Counted from the stretch's first letter, positions 1-10,379 are shown. The stretch is DNA of 64,000 nucleotides from Minisyncoccota bacterium (GCA_041664245.1 JBAYLC010000002.1:75593-139592); one strand, 5' to 3'. Notes: a model not told the origin generated them from the sequence alone. Translations and numbers: made by a program.

Positions 1-2
1 GA

Positions 3-3000
3 TGGGAAATTGACGCCAAAATGGAATCGAGGGCTTATGGCAGCGGAGGAACTAATGATGTAATGAAAAATGATGGGGGGGTTTCGCCAAATTTATATGA
101 GGCTGGAACTGATTTAACTTTGTCGCCGCTTAAAGACCGACCGAACCTGGGCGGATCAACTGATGTGACGGCGCCGGCGGCAGTTACTAATTTGGCAGCC
201 CTAAATCCTACGCCTAATTCGATTGATTTGAGTTGGACGGCGCCCGGTGATGATGGAAATAATGGAACGGCGGCAAGTTATGATATTCGTTACTCAACTT
301 CGCCGATTACTGATTCTAATTGGGATTTGGCAACACGGATTACGGGGACGCCTTCGCCTCAGATAGCCGGTACTAGCCAGTCAAAAACTGTCTCGGGTTT
401 TGCCGAAAGTACGCAATATTATTTTGCGATGAAAGCCTCGGACGAAGTTCCGAATATTTCATCTCTTTCTAACTTAGTGACTATTTCGACGACGGCATCG
501 ATTCAGGAAATTACCGTGAAAATTCCGGAGACGTGCAAAGATGGCGACTACGGAGGGGGAATGAGTATAGAGTATTACAACAAGTGGACGATTCCTGGTT
601 CTGGAAAAGCGAGAATCACTAAGGTTTGGTTTTGGCAACAGGATTCATCTTTTGCTTCGACGGAGGCAATTGAGATGGCTATTTATAGTGGAGTTTCGGC
701 GCCCTATAATAAGATTTCGGAAGCAGTGACAATTTATGGAACCGGCGCGGCCGGCTGGGTGTATGGGAACTTATCAACGCCAATTCTAGTTGATTTAGGG
801 CAGACTTATATTTTTGGAATTGGGCCAAAAATTACCGGAAATAATTTTAGGATTCCGGTTGATGTCGGAGCAGATTGTGCTGGTTATTCACCGACCAGCG
901 GCAGTCGGGTTTTTGCTCAATCGCCGGCAGCTGGCGGGTTAAATGATCCGGTACCAGCAACAACTTTTTCTGACCACTACGGAATTTTAGGAGTTTCGTA
1001 TTATCCGGTTAATTTGGGCGACACAACGCCGCCGATTATTTCCGGGGTAGTGGCGGGAAATTTAACCGATAACACTGCCATGATTGTTTGGAATACTAAC
1101 GAACCGGCTAACGGAGAAGTAGATTACGGTTTGGATGCTGGGTATGGTTCGTCGACAATTGACGCATCTTTTCAAACAGCTCATTTTATAACCCTTTCTG
1201 GTCTGGCGCGGAATACAACTTATCACTATAAGGTTTTTTCAAAAGATCTAGCTTTGAATCCGACGGCTTCTGGGGATTTTACATTTACAACGACCAATCT
1301 GGGACCGGATGTAACGCCGCCAATTATTTCGACAATCTTTCCGGCGGCTAACGCTACTCTTGATGGGACGATAATAATTCAAGGAACAGCGACGGATGAC
1401 CGGAGCGTGGCTTCGGTTGAAGTTAAGGTGGATTCGGGAAATTACAGCGCGGCGGCGGGGACGCTGAATTGGACATTTTCGCTTGATACTAGAACTTTAA
1501 CTGATGGGGCGCACACAATTATTGCGCGGGCGACGGATACAACCGGAAACACAACGGTTTACTCTGTAAATGTTACGGTAAATAATACGATTATTGCAGT
1601 GACAAGTTGCCGCCCCTTAGATCAATCAAATGTTGTTTATGTTTTACAAAACAATGTTTCTTCTACTGGTACTTGTTTCGTGGTGGCAGCTAGCGGAATA
1701 ACTTTGGATTTAAACGGTAAGACGGTTACTTTTGGCACTGACTCAGGGCAGTATCGGTACGGAGTAGCAATACCGCCTGATTATATACCAGCCACTCTGA
1801 TTTATGACCTTACTGATATAAACGGCGCTTATTTTCGGGGTGCGGATAATATAATTATTAAAAACGGTTCAATTATCCAAGGAGGTAACGCAAGTACGAC
1901 GGAAAATATGGATTTAATAGCTGATGAGGGGGTTAATAATGTTGAGGTGGCAAGTATAACGGCAATGTATAGCGGTATCGATTCCCAGGGATTTATTCTT
2001 GGCAATGGCAGAAACTATAACATTCACGATAATGTTATTCATGCCAACCTCAGCCAAATCACTAACCGCCAACACGCCAAATCAGCGATTGGTTTAGCGA
2101 CAACAGGTGGTACTCTTTATGTCCGAAATAACACTGTCTACGGCGAGGGTCAGTTTGGAATTGCAGTTAGCACAAAGAGAGCTTTTCCGATGACGGCGGC
2201 AGAGGTTTCTGGCAACACAATGAGAATTAACGGCCTTACCACTAATCCTTATCAATTGGTGGTCCGCGGTTTTAGCCAAAAATACCAAGGAGTTTCACTT
2301 AAGGTATTTAATAATCGAATCGATACCCCTGGAAATGTTAGTAATCGCGGCGCTATCTTCGATGGGATTGATGCGGCTGGAGATGGTACCGACGGCATGA
2401 AGTTTTATAACAACTACATCGACACCAAAGAGCACGGCAATCCAGAATACGGCGATGCCGGTTGGACTCACGGCTTCCGAATGAGGGATCCCGACTATAT
2501 GATTCCCGAAACCAAATTCTTCAACAACGAGTTCTATAATAACACTTTCAAAACGGTCGCCTTTTATAATAGTGATACCGATAATGGAGATGCTATTAGT
2601 ATCAGAATCACTCTTCGTAACGGATTGCCAGTCGGAGAACAACCGAACGTATTCCACGACAATACAATAATTTCCCAAACTCTTGACTCGACCAAGGTGG
2701 CTACCGCTATCGGCCTCGAGGGTCACGCTTCAGAGGCCGGAACCATATTCCGCAACAACACCATTACGAGTGACACTAATCTTTTAAGAGTAACCTGGCA
2801 GGGTGGCAGCGGAGTGCTCTTTGACTCCAATACTTTCCAGAAGGGAGCCAGCGCCACTAATTTTCATCCAGTAAGCTATGGTAACGCCGGAACTTCAACC
2901 GACACCATCTTCTTAGATAGCACCATCGGTTCCGGAGTTGATTTTACTACTGCTGAGCAAACTTGGATGGGTGATTGTTGTTCGCCTGACAATCAAAGAG

Positions 3001-3320
3001 GGGACAGAGCTTATTATGTGAAGTGGACTTTAAACTTGACGGTAAATGATGGCGGTGGAACGCCGATTGCCGGCGCATCGGTAACGATAAAAGATAAAAA
3101 TAATTCGATAGTATTTACCGGGACAACAGATTCATTTGGTAATGTTTCCACGTCACTTTCGGAATATTATTGGCGGCAAGCGCCAACATACCCTATTCCA
3201 CCGCCGACTGTGACCACTTATAATCCTTACACAATTACAGTAACGGCTACTGGACATACTGACCAAACGCAATCAGTCACGATGAATACAAAGAAATCAT
3301 TAACAATAGTGATGCCCTAG
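3..3320 (+). CDS. Giant type IV pilin-like surface adhesin, 5'-truncated (pilin globular tail, FN3, DUF4082-like sandwich, FN3, Ig-like, parallel beta-helix, carboxypeptidase-regulatory-like domain)
   Basis: Frame is open from the window edge (WEIDAKMESRAYGSGGTND) and matches WELDAKMESAKYGSGGTND in the downstream pilin. FN3 motif LSWTAPGDDG..AASYDIRYST; Asn/Thr-rich beta-helix repeats. Confidence 0.8.
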   Translation, partial: WEIDAKMESRAYGSGGTNDVMKNDGGVSPNLYEAGTDLTLSPLKDRPNLGGSTDVTAPAAVTNLAALNPTPNSIDLSWTAPGDDGNNGTAASYDIRYSTSPITDSNWDLATRITGTPSPQIAGTSQSKTVSGFAESTQYYFAMKASDEVPNISSLSNLVTISTTASIQEITVKIPETCKDGDYGGGMSIEYYNKWTIPGSGKARITKVWFWQQDSSFASTEAIEMAIYSGVSAPYNKISEAVTIYGTGAAGWVYGNLSTPILVDLGQTYIFGIGPKITGNNFRIPVDVGADCAGYSPTSGSRVFAQSPAAGGLNDPVPATTFSDHYGILGVSYYPVNLGDTTPPIISGVVAGNLTDNTAMIVWNTNEPANGEVDYGLDAGYGSSTIDASFQTAHFITLSGLARNTTYHYKVFSKDLALNPTASGDFTFTTTNLGPDVTPPIISTIFPAANATLDGTIIIQGTATDDRSVASVEVKVDSGNYSAAAGTLNWTFSLDTRTLTDGAHTIIARATDTTGNTTVYSVNVTVNNTIIAVTSCRPLDQSNVVYVLQNNVSSTGTCFVVAASGITLDLNGKTVTFGTDSGQYRYGVAIPPDYIPATLIYDLTDINGAYFRGADNIIIKNGSIIQGGNASTTENMDLIADEGVNNVEVASITAMYSGIDSQGFILGNGRNYNIHDNVIHANLSQITNRQHAKSAIGLATTGGTLYVRNNTVYGEGQFGIAVSTKRAFPMTAAEVSGNTMRINGLTTNPYQLVVRGFSQKYQGVSLKVFNNRIDTPGNVSNRGAIFDGIDAAGDGTDGMKFYNNYIDTKEHGNPEYGDAGWTHGFRMRDPDYMIPETKFFNNEFYNNTFKTVAFYNSDTDNGDAISIRITLRNGLPVGEQPNVFHDNTIISQTLDSTKVATAIGLEGHASEAGTIFRNNTITSDTNLLRVTWQGGSGVLFDSNTFQKGASATNFHPVSYGNAGTSTDTIFLDSTIGSGVDFTTAEQTWMGDCCSPDNQRGDRAYYVKWTLNLTVNDGGGTPIAGASVTIKDKNNSIVFTGTTDSFGNVSTSLSEYYWRQAPTYPIPPPTVTTYNPYTITVTATGHTDQTQSVTMNTKKSLTIVMP

Positions 3321-3375
3321 TGGAATAACTTAGTTTTGTTATAATTAGTAAGGTTGTTTCTCGAGAAGTTTATTA

Positions 3376-4881
3376 ATGAATTTCTTTTTTTGTAGAAAAG
3401 GTTCTGATAGGGGGTTCACTTTAATTGAACTCCTGATTGTGATTGCGATAGTGGCGATTTTGGCGACTATTACTTTGTTAGTTTTGAATCCGTCGGAAAT
3501 GCTTAGAAAAGCAAGAGATAGTAAACGGATTTCTGATTTAAAAACAATAAATGACGCGATCGGATTATCGGTGGCTCAAATCCCGCCGCTTTTTATCGGA
3601 ACATCAACTTTTGTTTATGTATCTTTGCCCGACAGCGATCCAAATTGCGCCACTTATAATTTACCTTCTTTAGGCGGGACTGGAAAGACTTATTCTTGCC
3701 GGCCAGAGAGCAGCTATAGAAAGACCGATGGAACTGGCTGGGTGCCGGTGAATTTTGATAGTTTGCCTTCAAAAGTGCTTTCGGTTTTACCAGTTGATCC
3801 AGTAAATAGTAATAATGCGAGCAGCGGACTTTATTACACCTATGTGGCAGGTTCTTGGGAGTTGGACGCTAAGATGGAATCGGCGAAGTACGGATCGGGT
3901 GGGACCAACGATGTGAGCGCGAATGATGGCGGGGATGGCATTTCTCTTTTTGAGATTGGGAGTAGATTGACTTTGGTTCCGATCGTTATTAATGATAGGA
4001 CAGGAGCGTCTTCGACACCGGGGGATACAGCGCCGCCGGCGACAGTTGCAGATCTTGGTCTCTCTGGAGCGTCGACTTCAACTATCAATTTATCTTGGAC
4101 GGCGCCCGGTGATGACGAGAGTAGCGGAACGGCGGCGAGTTATGATATTCGTTACTCAACTTCATTAATAAATGCTGGAAATTTTGGATCAGCTGCTCAG
4201 GTTAGTGCACCGCCAACGCCGCAAGTTGCTGGTTCTGCGCAGGGGAAAATGGTGACTGGTTTATCGCCAAACACAACTTATTATTTTGCGATTAAAACCT
4301 CTGATGAGGTACCAAATGTTTCAGGCATTTCTAATGTGCCGAATTTAAGCACTAAGGCGGAGACGACAGTTCAAGTTCCGCCGGGGTGCGCGGTCACAAC
4401 TAGTTCTGCTGGAGCGACATGGGAGGTTTATACTCCCTGGACAATTCCTGGTTCGGGAAGCGCTCAAGTCACGAAACTTTGGTACTACGATTATGACGGA
4501 TCGATTTCTGGGGTAGAGAGTATTGTAATGGGTATTTATAATGGTTCTGCGCCGGGAGCGGCGGTGATTGCTAATTCCAGTACTACTTTAGCCGGAAGCG
4601 GTTCAGCGGGATCGTGGATTTCAGGGAGTTTGGTAACACCGATTTCAATCACACTCGGTCAGACATATATTTTTGGGATAGTTCCAAAAACTAGTACGAG
4701 TACCTATAGTATGGGCGGGATGGCATCGCCGTATTGCTCCGCATTCCCACCTAATTTTCCGCCCAATCAGAATAATTATTATTCAGGCAATCCTTCTAAC
4801 TATATTCTCGACAGTACAGTTCCGGCCGCCCAAACGGTTTTTGGTCATTTCGGCATTGTTGGAATCACATATATTCAGTAG
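3376..4881 (+). CDS. Type IV pilin fused to FN3 and a C-terminal DUF4082-like domain
   Basis: Class III signal RG/FTLIELLIVIAIVAILA; ARDSKRISDL pilin helix; FN3 LSWTAPGDD..SYDIRYST. Confidence 0.88.
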   Translation: MNFFFCRKGSDRGFTLIELLIVIAIVAILATITLLVLNPSEMLRKARDSKRISDLKTINDAIGLSVAQIPPLFIGTSTFVYVSLPDSDPNCATYNLPSLGGTGKTYSCRPESSYRKTDGTGWVPVNFDSLPSKVLSVLPVDPVNSNNASSGLYYTYVAGSWELDAKMESAKYGSGGTNDVSANDGGDGISLFEIGSRLTLVPIVINDRTGASSTPGDTAPPATVADLGLSGASTSTINLSWTAPGDDESSGTAASYDIRYSTSLINAGNFGSAAQVSAPPTPQVAGSAQGKMVTGLSPNTTYYFAIKTSDEVPNVSGISNVPNLSTKAETTVQVPPGCAVTTSSAGATWEVYTPWTIPGSGSAQVTKLWYYDYDGSISGVESIVMGIYNGSAPGAAVIANSSTTLAGSGSAGSWISGSLVTPISITLGQTYIFGIVPKTSTSTYSMGGMASPYCSAFPPNFPPNQNNYYSGNPSNYILDSTVPAAQTVFGHFGIVGITYIQ

Positions 4882-4953
4882 TCGCGCTTGATTTTGTTTT
4901 TGGTATCAGTTACATTTCTTAACGAAGTTTGATTTGAGTAGTTTTATTTTTTG

Positions 4954-5026
4954 GCCACCTTAGCTCAGCTGGTAGAGCAGTACTTTCGTAAAGTAAAGGT
5001 CCCCGGTTCAAATCCGGGAGGTGGCT
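4954..5026 (+). tRNA. tRNA-Thr(CGU)
   Basis: Acceptor GCCACCT/AGGTGGC, D arm GCTC..GAGC, anticodon loop TT-CGT-AA, T arm CCCGG-TTCAAAT-CCGGG; CCA not encoded. Confidence 0.95.
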
Positions 5027-5027
5027 C

Positions 5028-5240
5028 ATGGTTGAGGTTAAGTTGGGGAAATATTTACATCACAAAGGAAAATATTATGAGGTGATTGGAACCGCAAAAC
5101 ATTCCGAGACGCTAGAGGAATTTGTTGTTTATCGAGCGCTTTATGGTAATTTTGATTTGTGGATTAGACCGAAAGCGATGTTCTTGGAGATGGTTCCGGG
5201 GAATGGTAAAATGATTCCGAGGTTCGAATTTGTTGAATAA
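5028..5240 (+). CDS. DUF1653 family protein
   Basis: GKYLHHKGKYYEVIGTAKHSETLEEFVVYRALYG..LWIRPKAMF is the typical DUF1653 pattern. Confidence 0.9.
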   Translation: MVEVKLGKYLHHKGKYYEVIGTAKHSETLEEFVVYRALYGNFDLWIRPKAMFLEMVPGNGKMIPRFEFVE

Positions 5241-5246
5241 TAAAAA

Positions 5247-6321
5247 ATGAACGAGAAAGAATTAAAAGACGCTATTAAAGAATTGGAGGACGAAATGCCC
5301 CGCTTGGCGGGGCGGCTTTGACCTCAATAAAAAGAAAAATTTGGTTAAAGAAATCGAGGCGGCAATGGCGAACCCTGATTTTTGGGCAGACAAAAAAAGC
5401 GCGGATGAGAAGATTAAAATTTTAGGCGAACAAAATGATTTGATTAATCGGTATGAAGAAGTGGAAAAGGGAATCAACGATCTTCGGGAAATTTTGGAAA
5501 AAGGGGACGAGGATCTGATAAAAGATAAATTTTTTGAAGCCAAGAGAAAATTTAAACAGCTGGAACTGGAGCAACTTTTCGGCGGTCCTTACGACAAACG
5601 AGCAGCGGTTTTAAGTGTTTATCCGGGCGCGGGCGGGGAAGATGCCGAGGATTGGGCGAGAATGCTTTTCGAAATGTATGAGAAATACGCGGCGAAGCGT
5701 AAATGGCAGATCGCTGTTTTGGACGATAGTCCGAATCGGCGGACGATGGAAATTAAGGGTGACTATGCCTATGGTTATTTAAAAAATGAAGTGGGGGTGC
5801 ATCGGTTAGTGAGAATTTCCCCATTTTCAGCCAAGCAGCTTCGGCACACTTCTTTTGCTTTAGTTGAGGTTTTGCCGGATTTGCCAGAGATTGAGGAATC
5901 TAAGTTGCAGATTCCAGAGAGCGATTTGAAGTTTGAATTCTATCGTTCGTCTGGTCCTGGCGGGCAGAATGTCAATAAGGTAGAAACGGCGGTTAGAATC
6001 ACTCATTTGCCGACCGGAATTACGACAGCTTCGCAAGTGGAGCGAAGCCAAATTAGTAATCGGGAGAAAGCGTTGAAACTATTAAAGGCAAAATTATTAG
6101 ATTTAATGGAGAAAAACCAGATAAAAGAGCTTGGCGACCTAAGGACAAAAGTGAAACCGGAATGGGGAAATCAAATTCGCTCTTATGTTTTGAATCCTTA
6201 TAAATTAGTGAAGGATCATCGGACAGAAGTTGAGACATCACAAGTGGAAAAGGTTCTAGACGGGGAAATTGATGTATTTGTGGAGCGTGATATAATAGAG
6301 AAGCTAGCTACGAACGGCTAG
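5247..6321 (+). CDS. prfB: Peptide chain release factor 2 (+1 programmed frameshift; about 357 aa)
   Basis: SPF and GGQ motifs. ATG at 5247 reads 24 codons to CTT-TGA-C (5316-5322); the +1 frame joins ORF 5341..6321. Confidence 0.96.
5307..5322 (+). other. RF2 +1 frameshift site GCGGGG-CGG-CTT-TGA-C
   Basis: Canonical CTT TGA C preceded by a G-rich SD-like element at the canonical 3-nt spacing. Confidence 0.92.
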
Positions 6322-6369
6322 CTAGTCCGTAATTAATAGGGAATTGGAGATTGTTTTTTATTTTTATAA

Positions 6370-7053
6370 ATGATTACATTCCAAAACGTTTCTAAGATTT
6401 ACAATAGTCATTCTACTGCCTTAGAGGATGTTAGTTTCGAGATAAAACACGGTGAGTTTGTTTCTTTAGTGGGCCGATCGGGAGCAGGAAAATCGACAGT
6501 GATTCGGCTTTTAATTGGAGAAGAGAAGCCCTCGAAGGGGAGGATTTTTTTTGGCCAATATGAAGTTAGCAAATTAAAGGATAAGGAATTGCCGGCTTTT
6601 CGGCGGCACGCCGGGGTAGTTTTTCAGGATTTTAGACTATTAGCTACCAAGAACGCTTACGAAAATGTGGCTTTTGCCTTAGAGGTGGCGGGCCGGCCGC
6701 AAAAAGAAATCGATGAATTAGTGCCGCAGGTTTTAGATATGGTCGGACTTAGCGAAAAGTTAAATAATTTTCCCCACGAGCTTTCGGGAGGGGAAAAACA
6801 GCGGGTGGCGATTGCGAGGGCAATGGTTCACCGCCCGGAGGTAATTATTGCCGATGAGCCGACGGGAAATCTTGATCCGTTACACACGATGGAAATTGTC
6901 GGTTTGCTCCAGAAAATTAATCAGTTGGGAACGACTTTGGTTTTAGCCACTCATAATAAAGAGATTGTTAATGGTTTGGGCAAGCGGGTAATTACGCTTG
7001 ACCACGGTCGGTTGATTAGAGACGAAGAAAAGGGAAAATATATATTGGTTTAA
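6370..7053 (+). CDS. ftsE: Cell division ATP-binding protein FtsE
   Basis: Walker [31 protein letters not shown]; adjacent to ftsX. Confidence 0.93.
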   Translation: MITFQNVSKIYNSHSTALEDVSFEIKHGEFVSLVGRSGAGKSTVIRLLIGEEKPSKGRIFFGQYEVSKLKDKELPAFRRHAGVVFQDFRLLATKNAYENVAFALEVAGRPQKEIDELVPQVLDMVGLSEKLNNFPHELSGGEKQRVAIARAMVHRPEVIIADEPTGNLDPLHTMEIVGLLQKINQLGTTLVLATHNKEIVNGLGKRVITLDHGRLIRDEEKGKYILV

Positions 7054-7057
7054 ACAA

Positions 7058-7963
7058 ATGTTTACAACAATTTCAAGAATTATAAATTTCGGCTTAAAGA
7101 ATTTTTGGCGAAACGGTTTGCTTTCTACGGCAACGGTGGCGGTTACCGGTATTGCGCTTTTGGTTACCTTAGGACTTATAATGTTTAATTTTGTAACCGG
7201 TGAAGCAATTTCGTCCGTAAAAGATAAGATCGACATAAGTGTTTATTTCAAAACAACAACGGCGGAGGATAGTGTTTTAAGCATCCAAAAGGTGGTGGAG
7301 AGTTTGCCGGAAGTAAAACAAGTGGAATATATAAATAAAGACGAGGCGTTAAAACGATTTAAAGAACAGCACAAAGATGATTCAATCTCTCAGGCGATAA
7401 GTTTGTTAAACGAAAATCCGCTGGAAGCTTCTTTGAATATAAAAGCGAAGAGTCCGGAACTTTACGGCGCGATTGCTCAGAGTTTACAGGCGGACGCGAT
7501 TAAGCAGTATGTTGATAAAATAAGCTACTCGGAGAATAAGGTAATAATTGATAAACTTACAAAAATTATTGACAACGTTAACCAAGGCGGATTAGTGCTG
7601 GTTATTTTCTTGGCGATTGTGTCTGGACTTATAGTCTTCAACACGATCCGGTTGGCAATTTATTCGAATCGCGACGAGATTGGAATAATGCGGGCAGTGG
7701 GAGCTTCTAACATGCTGGTTCGCGGGCCGTTTCTTATTGATGGAATTCTGAACGGAACAATCGCAGCGATTTTAAGTTTGATTTTGGCAATTCCGATTAT
7801 CCACTTTGTCGCGCCGTATCTGAAGGGTTTCATACCTGGGCTTGATATCACTAGTTATTTTTATGGGGGACTTTTTAGATTATTCCTATTACAGCTCCTT
7901 TTTGGAATTGGAATCAGTATTGTCTCCAGCTTCTTAGCGGTTCGAAGATATCTAAAAAATTAG
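7058..7963 (+). CDS. ftsX: Cell division permease FtsX
   Basis: NTIRLAIYSNRDEIGIMRAVGAS..RGPF motif; NPL in the extracellular loop. Confidence 0.93.
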   Translation: MFTTISRIINFGLKNFWRNGLLSTATVAVTGIALLVTLGLIMFNFVTGEAISSVKDKIDISVYFKTTTAEDSVLSIQKVVESLPEVKQVEYINKDEALKRFKEQHKDDSISQAISLLNENPLEASLNIKAKSPELYGAIAQSLQADAIKQYVDKISYSENKVIIDKLTKIIDNVNQGGLVLVIFLAIVSGLIVFNTIRLAIYSNRDEIGIMRAVGASNMLVRGPFLIDGILNGTIAAILSLILAIPIIHFVAPYLKGFIPGLDITSYFYGGLFRLFLLQLLFGIGISIVSSFLAVRRYLKN

Positions 7964-7966
7964 TTT

Positions 7967-8368
7967 TTAGATTAAGTTTTGAGTGATTAATTCCTTGATG
8001 TAGGAATCTAATCTGGTTAGGTTCTTTATTTCTTCTTTAGAAAACCACTTAAACGCGTCGTGTTCTTCGCTTGTTTTTGGTTTGCCTTCGATTGAACCGA
8101 GGTAAGTCAGGCGGACGATGTGTTTCTCGGAAGAGCGGAAAATGTCTTGAGCGGCGATGAGTTTTGGGATTTCGGTTAAATCCAAACTGGTTTCTTCTTT
8201 AATTTCGCGTTTTAGGTTTTCTAAGAGGGGAGTGCCAATATCAATTCGGCCGCCGGGAATATCCCACATTCCGCCCGCGCCCGGATATTTTATTTCTGAG
8301 CGGCGGAGTAAAAGAAAAAGGCCGCTTTGATTTTTTAAGATGGCTTTAACGCCGACTTGGAGTTCCAT
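7967..8368 (-). CDS. NUDIX hydrolase
   Basis: Nudix box GGRIDIGTPLLENLKREIKEETSL. Confidence 0.88.
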   Translation of the reverse strand: MELQVGVKAILKNQSGLFLLLRRSEIKYPGAGGMWDIPGGRIDIGTPLLENLKREIKEETSLDLTEIPKLIAAQDIFRSSEKHIVRLTYLGSIEGKPKTSEEHDAFKWFSKEEIKNLTRLDSYIKELITQNLI

Positions 8369-9325
8369 CTATTTTTTTATTTCGTTAAGTATTTTTTTTA
8401 CCTGACTAATGCTCTCTTCGTCGTGGATGGAAATGGGGGTGGTGGAAATTTTACTTTTCTTTAAAGCGGCTATTTTATTTTTCAATTCACTGGGGTCTAA
8501 GAGATCGGATTTAGATAGGAAAATATGCTCGGTTTTTTTAAGCAAGGCGGGACTGTATTTTTTTAATTCAGCGCGGACGGTTTTGTAGTCGCTTACCGGA
8601 CTTTCGGATTCGGAAGAGAGAAAATGGAAAATGATTTTGGTTCGCTCAATATGGCGGAGGAATTTAATGCCAAGGCCTTTGCCGGTTGAGGCGCCTTCAA
8701 TTAAGCCAGGAATGTCGGCTAGAATTAGCTCGTAATACACACCGAGATTAGGTTCGAGAGTGGTGAAGGGGTAATTGGCAACTTTACTCGAGGCGTTGGT
8801 GAGTTCATTTAATAAGCTGGATTTACCGACATTAGGAAGGCCGATAAAACCAACATCGGCGATAAGTTTTAATTCGAGGCGAAGGGAAAAATTTTCACCG
8901 GGGAGGCCGAATTGAAATTGTTTCGGGGTGGTATTGGTTGAAGATCGATAAGAGAAATTACCCTTGCCGCCATGGCCGCCTTTAGCGGCGCAAATCATTC
9001 CGCCAACTTTGGTGATTTCTTCATCGGTTTGGCTATCAAGATTGTGAATAATCGTGCCAACGGGGACTTTCAATATTAAATCTTTGCCGGCGGCGCCGTC
9101 TCGAAACTGGCTGCGCCCATCTTCGCCATTTTCGGCTTTGTGCTCTTTTTTAAATCGGAATTGATTTAAAGTGCTTAAATCGGAGACACCTTCAAAAAAG
9201 ATACTGCCGCCGTTGCCGCCCCGAGTGCCGGTGGGCCCTAAGCTCATAAGGTTTTTATTGAAAGCCACAGCGCCACGGCCGCCGTTGCCCGCTAAGATTT
9301 TAATTTTTACGTCGTCGATTAACAT
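8369..9325 (-). CDS. obgE: GTPase ObgE/CgtA
   Basis: Gly-rich Obg fold, GLPNVGKS, YPFTT, DIPG. Confidence 0.95.
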   Translation of the reverse strand: MLIDDVKIKILAGNGGRGAVAFNKNLMSLGPTGTRGGNGGSIFFEGVSDLSTLNQFRFKKEHKAENGEDGRSQFRDGAAGKDLILKVPVGTIIHNLDSQTDEEITKVGGMICAAKGGHGGKGNFSYRSSTNTTPKQFQFGLPGENFSLRLELKLIADVGFIGLPNVGKSSLLNELTNASSKVANYPFTTLEPNLGVYYELILADIPGLIEGASTGKGLGIKFLRHIERTKIIFHFLSSESESPVSDYKTVRAELKKYSPALLKKTEHIFLSKSDLLDPSELKNKIAALKKSKISTTPISIHDEESISQVKKILNEIKK

Positions 9326-9362
9326 GTTTAAGATTTATAATTTGAGAATAATGATTTATGAG

Positions 9363-9776
9363 TTAGTGGAATCCGCGGGCATAATCGCCGAAGAAGATCC
9401 CAAATGGTTTTGCCCAGATATCAATGTTTATAAATTCATTTTCTGTGATTTTTATTTTTAGATATTGATGAGGGGAAATGTACCATATTAAAGTCCATTT
9501 TCGTTGAATGTCGTTTTGGCTGAACCAACCACTTTGAGTGAGTAGAAATTCTAGAAGGTTATTGATTTTTGTGCAATGAAGAAATCCTTTTTGGCGCCAA
9601 AGTTTTTCCATATTTTTTAAGAACAATCGCCAAAAGAGAAATAGAGTTTTTATTCGTTCGCCGCGATATTTTCTACTTAGAATGTCGTAGGCCTGTTTTA
9701 AACATTTCTCTTTGCTGTGAGATTTTTTTAGTGTTTCGATTACAGCTTTTATTTCCGGAGATATTTTTTCAGACAT
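9363..9776 (-). CDS. Hypothetical protein, possibly transglutaminase-like
   Basis: HCT..N, PHQYL and NIDIW give a Cys-His-Asp arrangement. Confidence 0.5.
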   Translation of the reverse strand: MSEKISPEIKAVIETLKKSHSKEKCLKQAYDILSRKYRGERIKTLFLFWRLFLKNMEKLWRQKGFLHCTKINNLLEFLLTQSGWFSQNDIQRKWTLIWYISPHQYLKIKITENEFINIDIWAKPFGIFFGDYARGFH

Positions 9777-9777
9777 T

Positions 9778-10293
9778 TTATTTTATGATTTTGTAATGAA
9801 GTTGGATTTCGTTTTTGGAAATAAGAATTGTTTCGATTAACTTTAGATTTTTTTCAAACTGAGCTGGAGAAAAGAGGGGAATGCCGTGGCCGAAAACTAG
9901 AGGTTCAATAGTAATATAGATTTCGTCAATTAAATTCTCTTTTATAAAGCTGGCATTGATTTTGCTGCCGCCGGCTAAAAAGGCGGTATCCATTCCGCGA
10001 TTTTCGAGGAGTTTCAAGATATCGCGAGGTTTTTTATTGCTGATGATAACGTTGCTTTTTTCTGAAAGCAATTCCGGGTTTGTGGTTAGAACAATATTAA
10101 GACGATCAGGAAGAGGAAAATTACCTTCGTTTTTTAGGATTTCGTAAGTAGCGCGGCCAAAGATGACATTACCGCATTCCTTGCTTATTTCTGAGAATTT
10201 CTTTAGGTCTTCGGAGCTAGTCCAGTTAGAGTCGTAGTTTTCCCGGGCGATAAAACCATTAACCGTTGTGGCCATATAGAGAATGGTCCGCAT
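9778..10293 (-). CDS. Dihydrofolate reductase / RibD C-terminal family protein
   Basis: MATTVNGFIA, IFGRATYE, GGS, IDEIYITIEPLVFGHGIPLF. Confidence 0.88.
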   Translation of the reverse strand: MRTILYMATTVNGFIARENYDSNWTSSEDLKKFSEISKECGNVIFGRATYEILKNEGNFPLPDRLNIVLTTNPELLSEKSNVIISNKKPRDILKLLENRGMDTAFLAGGSKINASFIKENLIDEIYITIEPLVFGHGIPLFSPAQFEKNLKLIETILISKNEIQLHYKIIK

Positions 10294-10379
10294 TCGTTAA
10301 CTATAAAGGAATATATTAGCTTTATCTAGTTTTCTATTTTGAATAGATGAATGATTGTTTGTTTTGAAAAATGGCTGAT

